From sequence record NC_048186.1: a stretch of DNA of 64,000 nt, one strand, 5' to 3'. The notes beneath the pieces were generated by a model, which was given only the letters and a program-made list of their open reading frames with translations, did no database searches and was not told the origin of the DNA. This DNA is from Escherichia phage vB_EcoM_KWBSE43-6. The position numbers and the translations under genes are program-made. This document shows, piece by piece, positions 9,432 to 18,824 of this stretch (positions are counted from its first letter, which is position 1; every line of letters starts with the position of its first letter).

Positions 9432-10039
9432 TGGGCAAGATCTTCGTTCCAACTCATTTAGAAGGCTGTCAGATTTCAGCCAAATATCTTCACAAGCAGA
9501 TGAATTGCGGTGCCGTATTTGTCGAACCGAATCCTCATACCAATTCTGAATCCCCTGATGCAATCGGTTTCCGCCCCGATGGGTGCAGTATTTTGATCGA
9601 GGTCAAAGTCAGCCGGGATGATTTCCGAGCAGATGCTAAGAAGCCTCATCGTATCAATCCTGAGCAGGGGATGGGCAGCTATCGTTTTTATGCATGCCCT
9701 GAGGGAGTCATCCGGATCGAAGATCTACCACCAAAGTGGGGGTTGTTCTATTTCACGCCTCGAAAATCATTGAAGGCTATCCATGTCCCGGACATGCAGA
9801 TATCTTCCCTGTATTCTCCCCAGCACTATCTGAATATGATAGCCCGCCGAAGCCCGAATGGCAAGATGCCTCCTTATCTCCTCCATTATCAAAAGATGGT
9901 GGAAGACTTCGGCCATGTCGTAAAGAACACCGTCGCTGAACACAATATCCTCTATGGGGCTTGGCGCCAGCTCTGTATTGCTCAAACCCGTGGTGTGGCG
10001 TATACTGTCAATGAGGTATTCCAGAGGCCCGCGATTTAA
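9431..10039 (+). CDS. Putative PD-(D/E)xK-fold nuclease
   Basis: 202 aa; motif ESPDAIGF ... ILIEVKVS (D ... E-x-K); overlaps upstream stop. Confidence 0.4.
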   Translation: MGKIFVPTHLEGCQISAKYLHKQMNCGAVFVEPNPHTNSESPDAIGFRPDGCSILIEVKVSRDDFRADAKKPHRINPEQGMGSYRFYACPEGVIRIEDLPPKWGLFYFTPRKSLKAIHVPDMQISSLYSPQHYLNMIARRSPNGKMPPYLLHYQKMVEDFGHVVKNTVAEHNILYGAWRQLCIAQTRGVAYTVNEVFQRPAI

Positions 10040-10049
10040 GAGGTGTACT

Positions 10050-10325
10050 ATGTCATTAGCAGCATACAACAAAGAATTTTCAGAAATAAATTATGACTTC
10101 TTGTTTGCGAGTGAGCGCCGATTTGTACAGGCGAAAGAATATTTGGAAACCCATGGTATGGAATCCAGATATGAAAACACATTGAACATGAAAGCGGCCA
10201 TGGCTGTGACTGAACTTGGGGCTGACAGTTATGAAGCCAAAGCATATTCTCGTCTTACGCATTATGATCAGAACATGGTAGAAGAATATAAATCTATCCT
10301 TTTCCGGACCGGGTGGGGTAAATGA
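10050..10325 (+). CDS. Hypothetical protein
   Basis: ORF starting MSLAAYNKEF. Confidence 0.4.
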   Translation: MSLAAYNKEFSEINYDFLFASERRFVQAKEYLETHGMESRYENTLNMKAAMAVTELGADSYEAKAYSRLTHYDQNMVEEYKSILFRTGWGK

Positions 10326-11386
10326 AATTTCTTGACGAGCAATTCATAAATTACCTGGCACCGCGCCTGGAACGTTTCAGCTGGGAACGTGTTGGCGCGG
10401 TTGCAAAGTTCCGTTGCCCTCTCTGTGGTGACTCCAAAAAGAGCACGTCTAAGCGCCGTGGGCATTTCTTCTATGACCATGATGACGATGTCTATCGGTT
10501 CAAGTGCCACAACTGTAATGAGATGAGCGGTTGGGCCTTTGAGTTCTGGTTGAAGAAATTTGATGACCGTCTGTACAGTGAGTACAGCATGGAGAAGTTT
10601 AAGGTCATGGGGGATACCCGCGCCCGCCCGGTACAGAAACTGGCACCCTTGAAGAAACTGACACAGACGGCGCGTATCGGTCAACAAGTGGCGAAGCGGG
10701 ATGAGGACCACCTCGGCAATATGATCCGACTAGATCTTCTTGACCCAACACATTTTGCTCGCCAATATGTGGAAGGCAGGGGAATGCCGGAGAGCGCTCT
10801 CTCTTTGTTATATTTCAGTGAGAACTTCCGGAAAGATCTTCTCAATTTCGAGACTGATCCAGAGAAGCAGAAGAAGATCCCTGATGACCCCAGATTGGTT
10901 ATCCCCTTCTGGACTCAGGATGGTCGAATGAAGATTGTCCAAGGGCGCGCATTTGGTGATGACCTCCCAGAAGGGGTGTTGCGGTATGCAACTGTCAAAC
11001 CGCGCAATGAAGACACGAAGGTCTATGGCGAAGAACGCATTTTGATGAACCGGGTGAAGTTAGTAGTTGAAGGGCCGCTGGATAGTCTCTTCTTACCAAA
11101 TTGCCTGGCGACGGCAGATGCTGATCTATTGAGCGCCAAAGGCGACATCTATGTTCCCGACAACCAATATCGAAACGCCCAGGTGTGTGACGGTATCCAG
11201 AAAATGATTGACAAGGGCGTCAAGGTCATTTTGTTCCCGCCAGAGATACGTTGGAAGGATATCAACGATATGGTGAATCCGAACAAAGGAAACATCCCGA
11301 TACGTGACCTTCTGAAGATTATGGCCGACAATGTCTACCAGGGGCTTGCGGCTTCCTTACGATTTGCCGATTTGAGGAAAGTGTGA
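10322..11386 (+). CDS. DNA primase (T4 gp61-like): zinc-ribbon + TOPRIM
   Basis: 354 aa; RCPLCGDSKKS...FKCHNCN zinc ribbon; PRLVIPFW and VEGPLDSLF match T4 gp61 blocks. Confidence 0.8.
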   Translation: MKFLDEQFINYLAPRLERFSWERVGAVAKFRCPLCGDSKKSTSKRRGHFFYDHDDDVYRFKCHNCNEMSGWAFEFWLKKFDDRLYSEYSMEKFKVMGDTRARPVQKLAPLKKLTQTARIGQQVAKRDEDHLGNMIRLDLLDPTHFARQYVEGRGMPESALSLLYFSENFRKDLLNFETDPEKQKKIPDDPRLVIPFWTQDGRMKIVQGRAFGDDLPEGVLRYATVKPRNEDTKVYGEERILMNRVKLVVEGPLDSLFLPNCLATADADLLSAKGDIYVPDNQYRNAQVCDGIQKMIDKGVKVILFPPEIRWKDINDMVNPNKGNIPIRDLLKIMADNVYQGLAASLRFADLRKV

Positions 11387-11598
11387 TGGATATGAAAGAA
11401 CTTGATAAACTGGATGACCAGGAGATCCTCCGGGGATACCAGCAAGGCCGAGCCGGGTATGTTCTCAGTGGTTATGAATCACCGAGTTTCGTACATGGAT
11501 GGCGCAATGGGGTAGTTGATTCTGGGGTGTGTCAGCCTGATGCTGATCAGATGGATACGGCAAGAAACTATCTGAAGCAACTACGAGAACAAAAATAA
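11383..11598 (+). CDS. Hypothetical protein
   Basis: 71 aa ORF overlapping primase stop. Confidence 0.4.
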   Translation: MMDMKELDKLDDQEILRGYQQGRAGYVLSGYESPSFVHGWRNGVVDSGVCQPDADQMDTARNYLKQLREQK

Positions 11599-11778
11599 TT
11601 CTTCCCTCCAGGCCTCTATCTACGAGGCCTCGTAAAATAATTCAAAAATATTTTAAATTTTTATTGAAAAAGACTTTACTCTTCAATAAAGCTGGCCTAT
11701 TATAGTTCACATAGGGCGGTAAACAACACCCCGCCGAATGAAAAGTGAAAAGCACCAACTACATAATGAGGATTTAAC

Positions 11779-12267
11779 ATGAAAACTATCAAAACCATTA
11801 TCACCAACGGCTCTGTATCTTTCGAACTGAACACCGAAGTTTCCAAAGCAGAAATGTTCCGCATTGCACAGGAAGCCGGTTTCCAGGGCGGTAAGACCTC
11901 CTTCATGAACCTGCTGAGCGGCAAAACTGAAACTGCTTGCGGCTTCACCATGAAAGACCAGATTGTGGTTGACCAGGCGGTAGTGTCTAAATCCTCTGAC
12001 AAAGTCAGCATGCTGAAAATGTTCGGCCTGAACATCCACATCGTGGAAGCGAAGACCGAAACCTACGGCACCCTGAACGTCGGCAAAGGCCGGGTGCAGC
12101 TGAACCCGCTGAACAACGGAACCTACTCGGTGATGGTATTCCCGAAAAAAGGTTATGACAACACAGATATCCTGAACGCGGTCGGCGGTGATTCTAAATC
12201 TCAGTATGTCAAAATGGGCAAACTGACTCTGATCGAAGTACAGAACATGATCGAGCGCCTGGCATAA
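11779..12267 (+). CDS. Hypothetical protein (162 aa, strong RBS)
   Basis: GAGGA RBS; preceded by 180-nt AT-rich leader; followed by hairpin. Confidence 0.55.
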   Translation: MKTIKTIITNGSVSFELNTEVSKAEMFRIAQEAGFQGGKTSFMNLLSGKTETACGFTMKDQIVVDQAVVSKSSDKVSMLKMFGLNIHIVEAKTETYGTLNVGKGRVQLNPLNNGTYSVMVFPKKGYDNTDILNAVGGDSKSQYVKMGKLTLIEVQNMIERLA

Positions 12268-12275
12268 GTCGCCAA

Positions 12276-12300
12276 GGGGGAGGAAACTCCCCCATTATAG
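12276..12300 (+). terminator. Hairpin terminator (GGGGGAG GAAA CTCCCCC)
   Basis: 7-bp G/C stem; weak U-tract. Confidence 0.45.
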
Positions 12301-12312
12301 AAGGATATCAAA

Positions 12313-12429
12313 ATGGAAGAATTATATTGCCCGCATTGTGGTAGTCAGATTGAATTCGAAGAAGGCGAATGCCCTTACTGCGGAGAACACATCGACTCTT
12401 GGAAAGATGAGGAAGAAACCGATGAGTAA
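12313..12429 (+). CDS. Small zinc-ribbon protein (38 aa; CPHCG...CPYCG)
   Basis: Short ORF below the track cutoff; two CxxCG pairs; AGAAGGA RBS. Confidence 0.4.
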   Translation: MEELYCPHCGSQIEFEEGECPYCGEHIDSWKDEEETDE

Positions 12430-12598
12430 TGAAGTCCAGCTGTCCGAAGGCGCCAAATGGCTCGTGAAGCGGATCCCGAATAAGAACTTTGAGGCGTTCC
12501 AGGCTGAATTGGTCGCCGTGTTTGAGAAGTATGGCTATGACGAGCAATTGCGTCTGGCGTACAACGAAGACAAGCCTCTGATCGTCCGGCGCTGATAA
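12422..12598 (+). CDS. Hypothetical small protein
   Basis: ORF starting MSNEVQL, overlapping previous stop. Confidence 0.35.
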
Positions 12599-12628
12599 AG
12601 CCCAACCCTCATTCACTTTCACTTTAAA

Positions 12629-12660
12629 TACCTCTGCAAACATTGCGGAGGTATTTTCTT
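12629..12660 (+). promoter_or_regulatory. Hairpin whose 3' arm contains the endolysin Shine-Dalgarno (TACCTCTGC...GCGGAGGTA + TTTTCTT)
   Basis: 9-bp stem; GGAGGT lies in the descending arm; ATG at 12661 follows the T-tract. Confidence 0.4.
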
Positions 12661-13455
12661 ATGGCCATTTTAAAGATTGGCAGCAAAGGTCTGGAAGTTA
12701 AGAATCTTCAGACCAGTCTCAACAAAATCGGGTTCAATCTGGTTGCCGATGGCATATTTGGTAAAGCGACTGACAACGCCGTCAGGGCAGTTCAGGCAGG
12801 TGCCGGACTGGTCGTTGATGGTATCGCAGGACCAAAGACTATGTATGCTATACGCAACGCAGGGGAATCTCATCAGGATCATCTGACTGAGGCTGACTTG
12901 ATTGACGCTGCTCGTGAATTGTCTGTTGACCTTGCTAGCATCAAGGCAGTCAACCAAGTAGAATCGCGCGGTACGGGCTTCACCAAGTCTGGTAAAATCA
13001 AGACATTGTTTGAACGCCACATCATGTACAAAAAGCTGAATGCCAAGTTCGGTCAGGCAAAAGCTAATGCTCTGTCCCAGCTTTACCCGACGTTGGTTAA
13101 CGCCAAAGCCGGGGGATATACAGGTGGAGACGCGGAGTTGGAACGACTCCATGGTGCAATAGCGATCGATAAAGATTGCGCCTACGAGAGCGCTTCCTAC
13201 GGGTTATTCCAGATCATGGGGTTCAACTGTGTTATCTGCGGGTACGCAAATGCTGAGCAGATGTTCAACGACTTTCTCACTGGTGAACGTGCTCAGCTCA
13301 TGGCATTTGTCAAGTTCATCAAGGCTGACGCCAATCTGTGGAAAGCATTGAAGGACAAGAATTGGGCTGAGTTTGCCCGGCGCTACAATGGCCCGGCGTA
13401 TGCACAGAACCAGTACGACACCAAGCTGGCTGCAGCATACAAATCATTCAGTTAG
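12661..13455 (+). CDS. Endolysin: N-terminal peptidoglycan-binding domain + C-terminal N-acetylmuramidase (DUF3380-like)
   Basis: PG_binding_1-like repeat (GIFGKATDNAVRAVQ...DGIAGPKTM); C-terminal GLFQIMGFN block typical of DUF3380 muramidases; ATG 12661 preferred over TTG 12643. Confidence 0.75.
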   Translation: MAILKIGSKGLEVKNLQTSLNKIGFNLVADGIFGKATDNAVRAVQAGAGLVVDGIAGPKTMYAIRNAGESHQDHLTEADLIDAARELSVDLASIKAVNQVESRGTGFTKSGKIKTLFERHIMYKKLNAKFGQAKANALSQLYPTLVNAKAGGYTGGDAELERLHGAIAIDKDCAYESASYGLFQIMGFNCVICGYANAEQMFNDFLTGERAQLMAFVKFIKADANLWKALKDKNWAEFARRYNGPAYAQNQYDTKLAAAYKSFS

Positions 13456-13458
13456 TCG

Positions 13459-13484
13459 AAGGCCGGAAACGGCCTTTTTCTTTA
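13459..13484 (+). terminator. Intrinsic terminator (AAGGCCG GAAA CGGCCTT + TTTTCTTT)
   Basis: GC stem + T-tract. Confidence 0.6.
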
Positions 13485-13561
13485 TCTATGGTAGAGTTAT
13501 GCTGGGCGCGTCGCTTAATTAAAGGTGATGAGATAACCCCTGTAGAAATAGGAAGGTTCAC

Positions 13562-14404
13562 ATGCAATCTGCGAGCAAAGTAGTATCCATGAAGCCAGCT
13601 GGTAAGACCAAATCAGCGCGCAAGAAAGAAGTAACCCAGCGCGAAGACGAATGGATGAAGTTCTCTAAAGGTGATTTCAAAATCGCTCCATTCCATGGCC
13701 TCTCTGACAACCAGAATCTCGCCTACCAATCTGCCCTTGAAAACAATCTGACCATCACAATCGGACCTGCTGGTACGGGCAAATCTTATTGCGGTGCTGC
13801 CGCTGCTATCAAACATCTTATTGATCGCCGTGTCAGTAAAATCATCATCTCTCGTTCGCCGTTGCCAACCGGACAGACTGCGGGGTTCCGCCCAGGCGAC
13901 ACTTATGAAAAACTCGTCCCGTATCTGCGCCCGCTGATCGAAACCTTCAAGAAGGTGCTGAAGACTGATACCGGCAGCGATGGCTTCTTCAACTATCTGT
14001 GGGAGAAGCACATCATCGAAATTCAGGATCTGGAGACTATCAAGGGTATGACCTTTGATGATGCCTTCCTGATTATCGAAGAGGCTCAAGAATGCGACAT
14101 GGAGCAGCTGAAGAACCTTCTCACCCGATCTTCAGACTCGACTTACGTTTTCGTCAATGGCGACATCAAGCAATCTAACAAACGTCTGCGTGACAGCGCC
14201 CTTGACACGTATGTCAAAGCATTCCGTGATTTCAACCAGAAACTGGAAGCTGGTACTCTGGCTGTTCACGGTGTAGAACCGGGTGATGCATATCCTGAAT
14301 GGGTTCAACCTTTCAGCATCATCGAGTTCAACAAAGATGATCGAAATGGTCGCGGCAATTTCACTCGTCTGATGCTCGAGGTCAATGACCTGTACGACAT
14401 TTAA
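13562..14404 (+). CDS. phoH: PhoH-like ATPase
   Basis: 280 aa; Walker A GPAGTGKS; overall PhoH-family architecture. Confidence 0.8.
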   Translation: MQSASKVVSMKPAGKTKSARKKEVTQREDEWMKFSKGDFKIAPFHGLSDNQNLAYQSALENNLTITIGPAGTGKSYCGAAAAIKHLIDRRVSKIIISRSPLPTGQTAGFRPGDTYEKLVPYLRPLIETFKKVLKTDTGSDGFFNYLWEKHIIEIQDLETIKGMTFDDAFLIIEEAQECDMEQLKNLLTRSSDSTYVFVNGDIKQSNKRLRDSALDTYVKAFRDFNQKLEAGTLAVHGVEPGDAYPEWVQPFSIIEFNKDDRNGRGNFTRLMLEVNDLYDI

Positions 14405-14490
14405 ATACCTCATCACCATTCCCCGCCGCCTTCAATCTGCGAGGGCGGCGTATAATAACAACCTGCATATAACACAAACCGAGGATCGCT

Positions 14491-16770
14491 ATGATTAACG
14501 TCATAAAGCGGGACGGATCTTCTGTCCCTTTTGATATTGAAAAACTTCACACCGTCGTTGACCGGGCTTGTGATGGGCTGGACGGGGTTTCAATGTCAGA
14601 GGTGATTGCAGCATCAAAGATCCAATTCACCGATAATATGAGAACCGACCGCATCCAGGATATTCTTATCCAGGCGGCTGCGTCTCTCATCTCTGTAGAA
14701 AAGCCGAACTATCAGTATGTCGCAGCGCGTCTGAAGTCATACGATCTCCGCAAAATCGCCTATGGCCAGTACAAGCCGCCCCACCTGCTGGATATCTTCG
14801 TCAAGAACATCAAACTCGGTAAATACGACCGGGAATTCCTGGATCTGTACACCACTGAAGAGTTTGATGAACTTCAGGCCACCATCAACCACAAACGCGA
14901 TAAGAACTTCACCTGGGCGGCCATGGGCCAGCTGACTGAGAAGTACCTGTTGCGTGACCGTTCTCAAAAAGACAAGAAAGTCTATTGTGAAACTCCTCAG
15001 GTCATGTATATGGCGATCGCTATGGCGCTGTTCTCTAATTGGGACAAGGCCAGCCGCCTGGATATGATCAAAAAGTTCTATAATTATGCCAGCACAGGCA
15101 AATTCAGTCTTCCGACTCCCATCATGGCGGGCGTCCGTACTCCTACCCGTCAGTTCAGTTCATGCGTTCTGATCAAAACTGGTGACACGCTGGATTCCAT
15201 CAACGCGACAGCCAAATCTATCGTAGACTATGTGAGCAAGCGTGCTGGCATCGGATTTGACGTTGGTGCAATTCGCGGTATCGGCAGTCCTATCCGGGGT
15301 GGAGAGATGGTCCACACTGGTCTGGTGCCATTCATCAAATATCTGACCGGGGCGCTGAAGTCTTGCTCTCAGGGCGGTATTCGCGGTGGTGCTGCTACAG
15401 CTTATATCCCGCTGTGGCACTACCAGTTTGATGACATCGTTGTTTTGAAGAACAACCGTGGTACGGAAGAAAACCGCGAACGCCGGATTGACTATGGTAT
15501 TCAGATCAACCGCGTCATGTTTGAACGTCTGGTCAACAAACAACCTCTGTATTTGTTCGATCCGAAAGACAACATGGATATGTACGAGGCATATTTCAGC
15601 GACGTGGATCAATTCCGTACTCTGTACGACAACATGATCAAAGCAGCAGACGCCGGGTTATGTCGTGCCAAGACTCTCCAGGCTGAAGAAGTATTCCAGA
15701 TGTTGCTGGATCAGCGTTCCGATACCGGGCGCATTTACATCGCATTCGTTGATCACATGAACATGTATAGCCCGTTCAACCTCGACACGATTTACAGCTC
15801 GAATTTATGTCTGGAAATCGCGTTACCAACTCGTGAATTCCAACAATACGATGATGAAAGTGGTCGTATCGCTCTGTGTACTCTGGCATCATTCAACCTG
15901 ACGGCGTTCGATGAGCCGAAGGAAATGGAAGATGTGGCATTCGTATTAGTGTCCGCGCTGGACATGCTCCTCGAATACCAAGATTACCCGGCCCGCCAAG
16001 CCCGCCTGGCTGTTCAGGAATATCGTCCCCTGGGTATCGGGGTTGTCAACGTCGCCCACTTCCTGGCGCGGAACTTCACCGGATATGGTTCGCCCGCCGG
16101 GTTACAGCTGGTCGATGAATGGATGGCACATCTTCACTATTATCTGGTCAAGGCATCCAACAAGCTGGCGGAAATGTTTGGCCCGTGTGGTAAAGAAACA
16201 ATCCATTCAAGCGGTATGGTAACAGCTGACCTGGCCCCTCTGCCACTGGACCTCCTTCCTAATGGCAAAAAGCCTGTTGGGGACGCATACGGTCTGGATT
16301 GGGATGGGTTAAAAAATAGGCTCGCCAAATTTGGTATCCGCAATGCCACCCTGTTGGCGATAGCCCCTACTGAAAGCTCTTCGCAGGTGCTGAATGCTAC
16401 CAATGGGATTGAGCCACCGAAAGGCTTGGTGAGCATTAAGGCAAGCAAGGACGGCATCTACAAGCAAATCGTACCGGATGTCGAAACCCTTGGGCCTATC
16501 TATGATCTCAAGTGGAACATGGAATGTATCGACTATCTGAAGACGGCGGCGGTGTTCCAGCGCTGGGTTGACCAATCTATCAGCACCAATACCTTCTATG
16601 ATCCCGAGAAGTTCCCAGGAGGCAAGATCCCCCGCGCCAAGATGATGCAGGATATCTTATCCTTCTATATGTGGGGTGGCAAGACTCTGTATTACAACAC
16701 GAATAAAGACTCCAAGGAAGATGAGGAGTTGAAAGCAGCTGAAGAAGTTTGTGATACCTGTGTAGTATGA
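14491..16770 (+). CDS. nrdA: Ribonucleoside-diphosphate reductase large subunit (class I, NrdA)
   Basis: 759 aa; N-terminal ATP-cone (VIKRDGSSVPFDIEKL); active-site NLCLEIALPT block; C-terminal CxxC tail. Confidence 0.9.
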   Translation: MINVIKRDGSSVPFDIEKLHTVVDRACDGLDGVSMSEVIAASKIQFTDNMRTDRIQDILIQAAASLISVEKPNYQYVAARLKSYDLRKIAYGQYKPPHLLDIFVKNIKLGKYDREFLDLYTTEEFDELQATINHKRDKNFTWAAMGQLTEKYLLRDRSQKDKKVYCETPQVMYMAIAMALFSNWDKASRLDMIKKFYNYASTGKFSLPTPIMAGVRTPTRQFSSCVLIKTGDTLDSINATAKSIVDYVSKRAGIGFDVGAIRGIGSPIRGGEMVHTGLVPFIKYLTGALKSCSQGGIRGGAATAYIPLWHYQFDDIVVLKNNRGTEENRERRIDYGIQINRVMFERLVNKQPLYLFDPKDNMDMYEAYFSDVDQFRTLYDNMIKAADAGLCRAKTLQAEEVFQMLLDQRSDTGRIYIAFVDHMNMYSPFNLDTIYSSNLCLEIALPTREFQQYDDESGRIALCTLASFNLTAFDEPKEMEDVAFVLVSALDMLLEYQDYPARQARLAVQEYRPLGIGVVNVAHFLARNFTGYGSPAGLQLVDEWMAHLHYYLVKASNKLAEMFGPCGKETIHSSGMVTADLAPLPLDLLPNGKKPVGDAYGLDWDGLKNRLAKFGIRNATLLAIAPTESSSQVLNATNGIEPPKGLVSIKASKDGIYKQIVPDVETLGPIYDLKWNMECIDYLKTAAVFQRWVDQSISTNTFYDPEKFPGGKIPRAKMMQDILSFYMWGGKTLYYNTNKDSKEDEELKAAEEVCDTCVV

Positions 16771-16802
16771 GTTAGGTCTATAGTCTACCATCGTATATCA
16801 TC

Positions 16803-16832
16803 AGGGGTGGATCAATTCACCCCTCTTTATTA
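16803..16832 (+). terminator. Intrinsic terminator (AGGGGTG...CACCCCT + CTTTATT)
   Basis: GC stem with 8-nt loop. Confidence 0.5.
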
Positions 16833-16842
16833 GGAGTTCATT

Positions 16843-17136
16843 ATGTATCAGACATTATTGTTAGTACCTGGACAACCAGGCATTTTGCTTGAACACGACA
16901 GCATAGTGGAAGCGGGAAATGTTCTGCGCAACGTAAAGTTGGCTGCTGCCTGGCACAACGGCGGCGAAGTCACGGCTATCCCTTTGAACTACACGGATCA
17001 CATGGATACCACGAACCGCACCCACATTCTTCTGGATCTCAACAAATTGCCTGAAGACAAGCGCCAGGATTTTGTTGCTAGCATCAAGAATTACATCACC
17101 ACCGAACAGATTAAACTTCATGAAGGCAAGGCATAA
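16843..17136 (+). CDS. Hypothetical protein between nrdA and nrdB
   Basis: 97 aa ORF with GGAG RBS. Confidence 0.4.
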   Translation: MYQTLLLVPGQPGILLEHDSIVEAGNVLRNVKLAAAWHNGGEVTAIPLNYTDHMDTTNRTHILLDLNKLPEDKRQDFVASIKNYITTEQIKLHEGKA

Positions 17137-17137
17137 C

Positions 17138-18244
17138 ATGAGTGAGATGCAAAAGCAATTTTCCGTATTCGACCCGACATCGAATAACCAGGGACTCCCG
17201 TTCTTTGGTGATCCGGTATCAATCCAGCGTTATGATGTAGTTGCTTGGCCGTTTGTACAGAAGTGGTATGAAAAAGGCCTCAGCCAATTTTGGCGCCCGG
17301 AAGAAGTAGACATCACCAAAGACAAGGCGGATTTTGCCACTCTAAGCGATGGTGAAAAGCATATCTATTTCTCCAACCTGAAACGGCAGACCATGCTGGA
17401 CTCTATCCAGGGCGCGGCCCCGTTTGAAGCATTCGGTGCCTGGGCTTCTACCCCGGAGGCGCAGTTCGCTATCCTGGAATGGACCCGCCAAGAGGCAATT
17501 CACTCTCTGTCCTACACCCATATCCTACGCAACACGGTCAATGATCCCGGCATCGTGTTTGACCATGTGCTGGACGTAGCTGAAATTGTTGATTGTGCAC
17601 ACCAAATCAGCACCTGCTACGATGAATCTGTGCGCTGGGCGGGTATGCGTATGGCGGGCCGGATCTTCACCCGTGAAGACATCATGAATGCCAAGCGGTC
17701 ATTCTGGCGATCCCTGTTTGCTGCCAACACACTGGAAGGCATTCGCTTCTACGTGTCCTTTGCATGCTCGTGGGCATTCGTCCAATTTCTTCAAAAGATG
17801 GAAGGTAATGCGAAGATCATTCGCCAGATCGCCCGTGACGAGCAGGACCACCTGATCCTCACTCAGACATTCCTGAATCGTCTTCCGTTGATGGACCCAG
17901 ACTTCGCCGTCATTCGTGAAGAACTTCGTCCCGAAATGACGCAGATGTTCATGGATGTCGTGAACCAGGAAAAACAGTGGGCTGACTATCTGTTCAAAGA
18001 AGGTTCTATCCTGGGCCTGAACGCCAAGATCCTTCACCAGATGGTCGACTGGCTGGCGACACATCGTATGGGTGCTATCGGTCACCCATACCCTGGTGAA
18101 CCACGTAAGGACAACCCGGTGCCGTGGATTAACGACTGGCTAGATAATACTACAATGCAATACGCATTGCAGGAAGCAGAAGCTCCTGATTATCTGATGG
18201 GCATACTGACTGGTTCAGTATCTGACGGTCTTAAATTTGCATAA
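17138..18244 (+). CDS. nrdB: Ribonucleoside-diphosphate reductase small subunit (NrdB)
   Basis: Di-iron ferritin-like protein adjacent to nrdA; start taken at ATG 17138 (MSEMQKQF) after upstream stop. Confidence 0.85.
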   Translation: MSEMQKQFSVFDPTSNNQGLPFFGDPVSIQRYDVVAWPFVQKWYEKGLSQFWRPEEVDITKDKADFATLSDGEKHIYFSNLKRQTMLDSIQGAAPFEAFGAWASTPEAQFAILEWTRQEAIHSLSYTHILRNTVNDPGIVFDHVLDVAEIVDCAHQISTCYDESVRWAGMRMAGRIFTREDIMNAKRSFWRSLFAANTLEGIRFYVSFACSWAFVQFLQKMEGNAKIIRQIARDEQDHLILTQTFLNRLPLMDPDFAVIREELRPEMTQMFMDVVNQEKQWADYLFKEGSILGLNAKILHQMVDWLATHRMGAIGHPYPGEPRKDNPVPWINDWLDNTTMQYALQEAEAPDYLMGILTGSVSDGLKFA

Positions 18245-18253
18245 AGGTGAGAA

Positions 18254-18478
18254 ATGATTACGATCTATTCCAAACAAGGTTGTGCACAGTGTGTTACAGC
18301 TGAGAACATCTGTCGCATTCGCGGTATTGAGCATCGTATCCTCAAACTTGAAAAGGACTACAAGTTGGAAGAACTACAAGCTCTGACGGGCAAACAACGC
18401 ATGTCAATGCCTGTTATCGTTCTCGCTGACCAGACTGTGACCGACGTTGCTGGTCTCGCCGCAAGCGTTAAACGCTGA
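18254..18478 (+). CDS. Glutaredoxin/thioredoxin-like protein (NrdC/NrdH-like), CxxC active site
   Basis: 74 aa; YSKQGCAQC motif; immediately downstream of nrdB. Confidence 0.7.
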   Translation: MITIYSKQGCAQCVTAENICRIRGIEHRILKLEKDYKLEELQALTGKQRMSMPVIVLADQTVTDVAGLAASVKR

Positions 18479-18485
18479 TCATATC

Positions 18486-18512
18486 AAGCCCCCGGAAGGG
18501 GGCTTTAATTTA
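18486..18512 (+). terminator. Intrinsic terminator (AAGCCCCC GGAA GGGGGCTT)
   Basis: GC stem + TTAATTT. Confidence 0.6.
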
Positions 18513-18525
18513 TGGTGAATATATC

Positions 18526-18729
18526 ATGTCAAAACAATTATTGCCTCATCAAGAACGGGTTGTCCAAGAAAAGGAAGAACTGGAAAAGAAATACAATGCG
18601 TTGGGCGCATTTCGTGAAGGTGATACATTCAAATCCCTTTCGATCAATGAACAATTTTGGTTGAATTCCCAACATTATGTGATGGGTTTGTATTTGCATG
18701 TTTTAAACGAACGCATCAACCGTTTCTAA
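18526..18729 (+). CDS. Hypothetical protein
   Basis: 67 aa ORF bounded by two terminators. Confidence 0.4.
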   Translation: MSKQLLPHQERVVQEKEELEKKYNALGAFREGDTFKSLSINEQFWLNSQHYVMGLYLHVLNERINRF

Positions 18730-18737
18730 TTTGAATG

Positions 18738-18766
18738 AAGCCCCCATTCTGGGGGCTTTACTTTTG
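18738..18766 (+). terminator. Intrinsic terminator (GAAGCCCCC ATTCT GGGGGCTTT)
   Basis: GC stem + ACTTTT. Confidence 0.6.
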
Positions 18767-18824
18767 AAAAAGCCAGACCTATACTTCCTGTACATACCAA
18801 ATATTGAATAGCAGGAACTACATC

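Noticed and set aside
11610-11630. Hairpin AGGCCTC...GAGGCCT after 11383-11598 as a terminator
   Set aside because: No U-tract follows; it may be an RNA structure but not a confident intrinsic terminator
11779-12267. Considered as sliding clamp (gp45) because of its position in a replication region
   Set aside because: At 162 aa it is too short and shows no resemblance to clamp sequence blocks
14421-14456. Hairpin plus TATAAT-like hexamer upstream of nrdA as a sigma70 promoter
   Set aside because: The -35 candidate is poor and the spacing is 14 nt; cannot be supported from sequence alone
15160-16575. Antisense ORFs within nrdA (15160-15612 -, 16140-16457 -, 16309-16575 -)
   Set aside because: Shadow frames of a highly conserved gene
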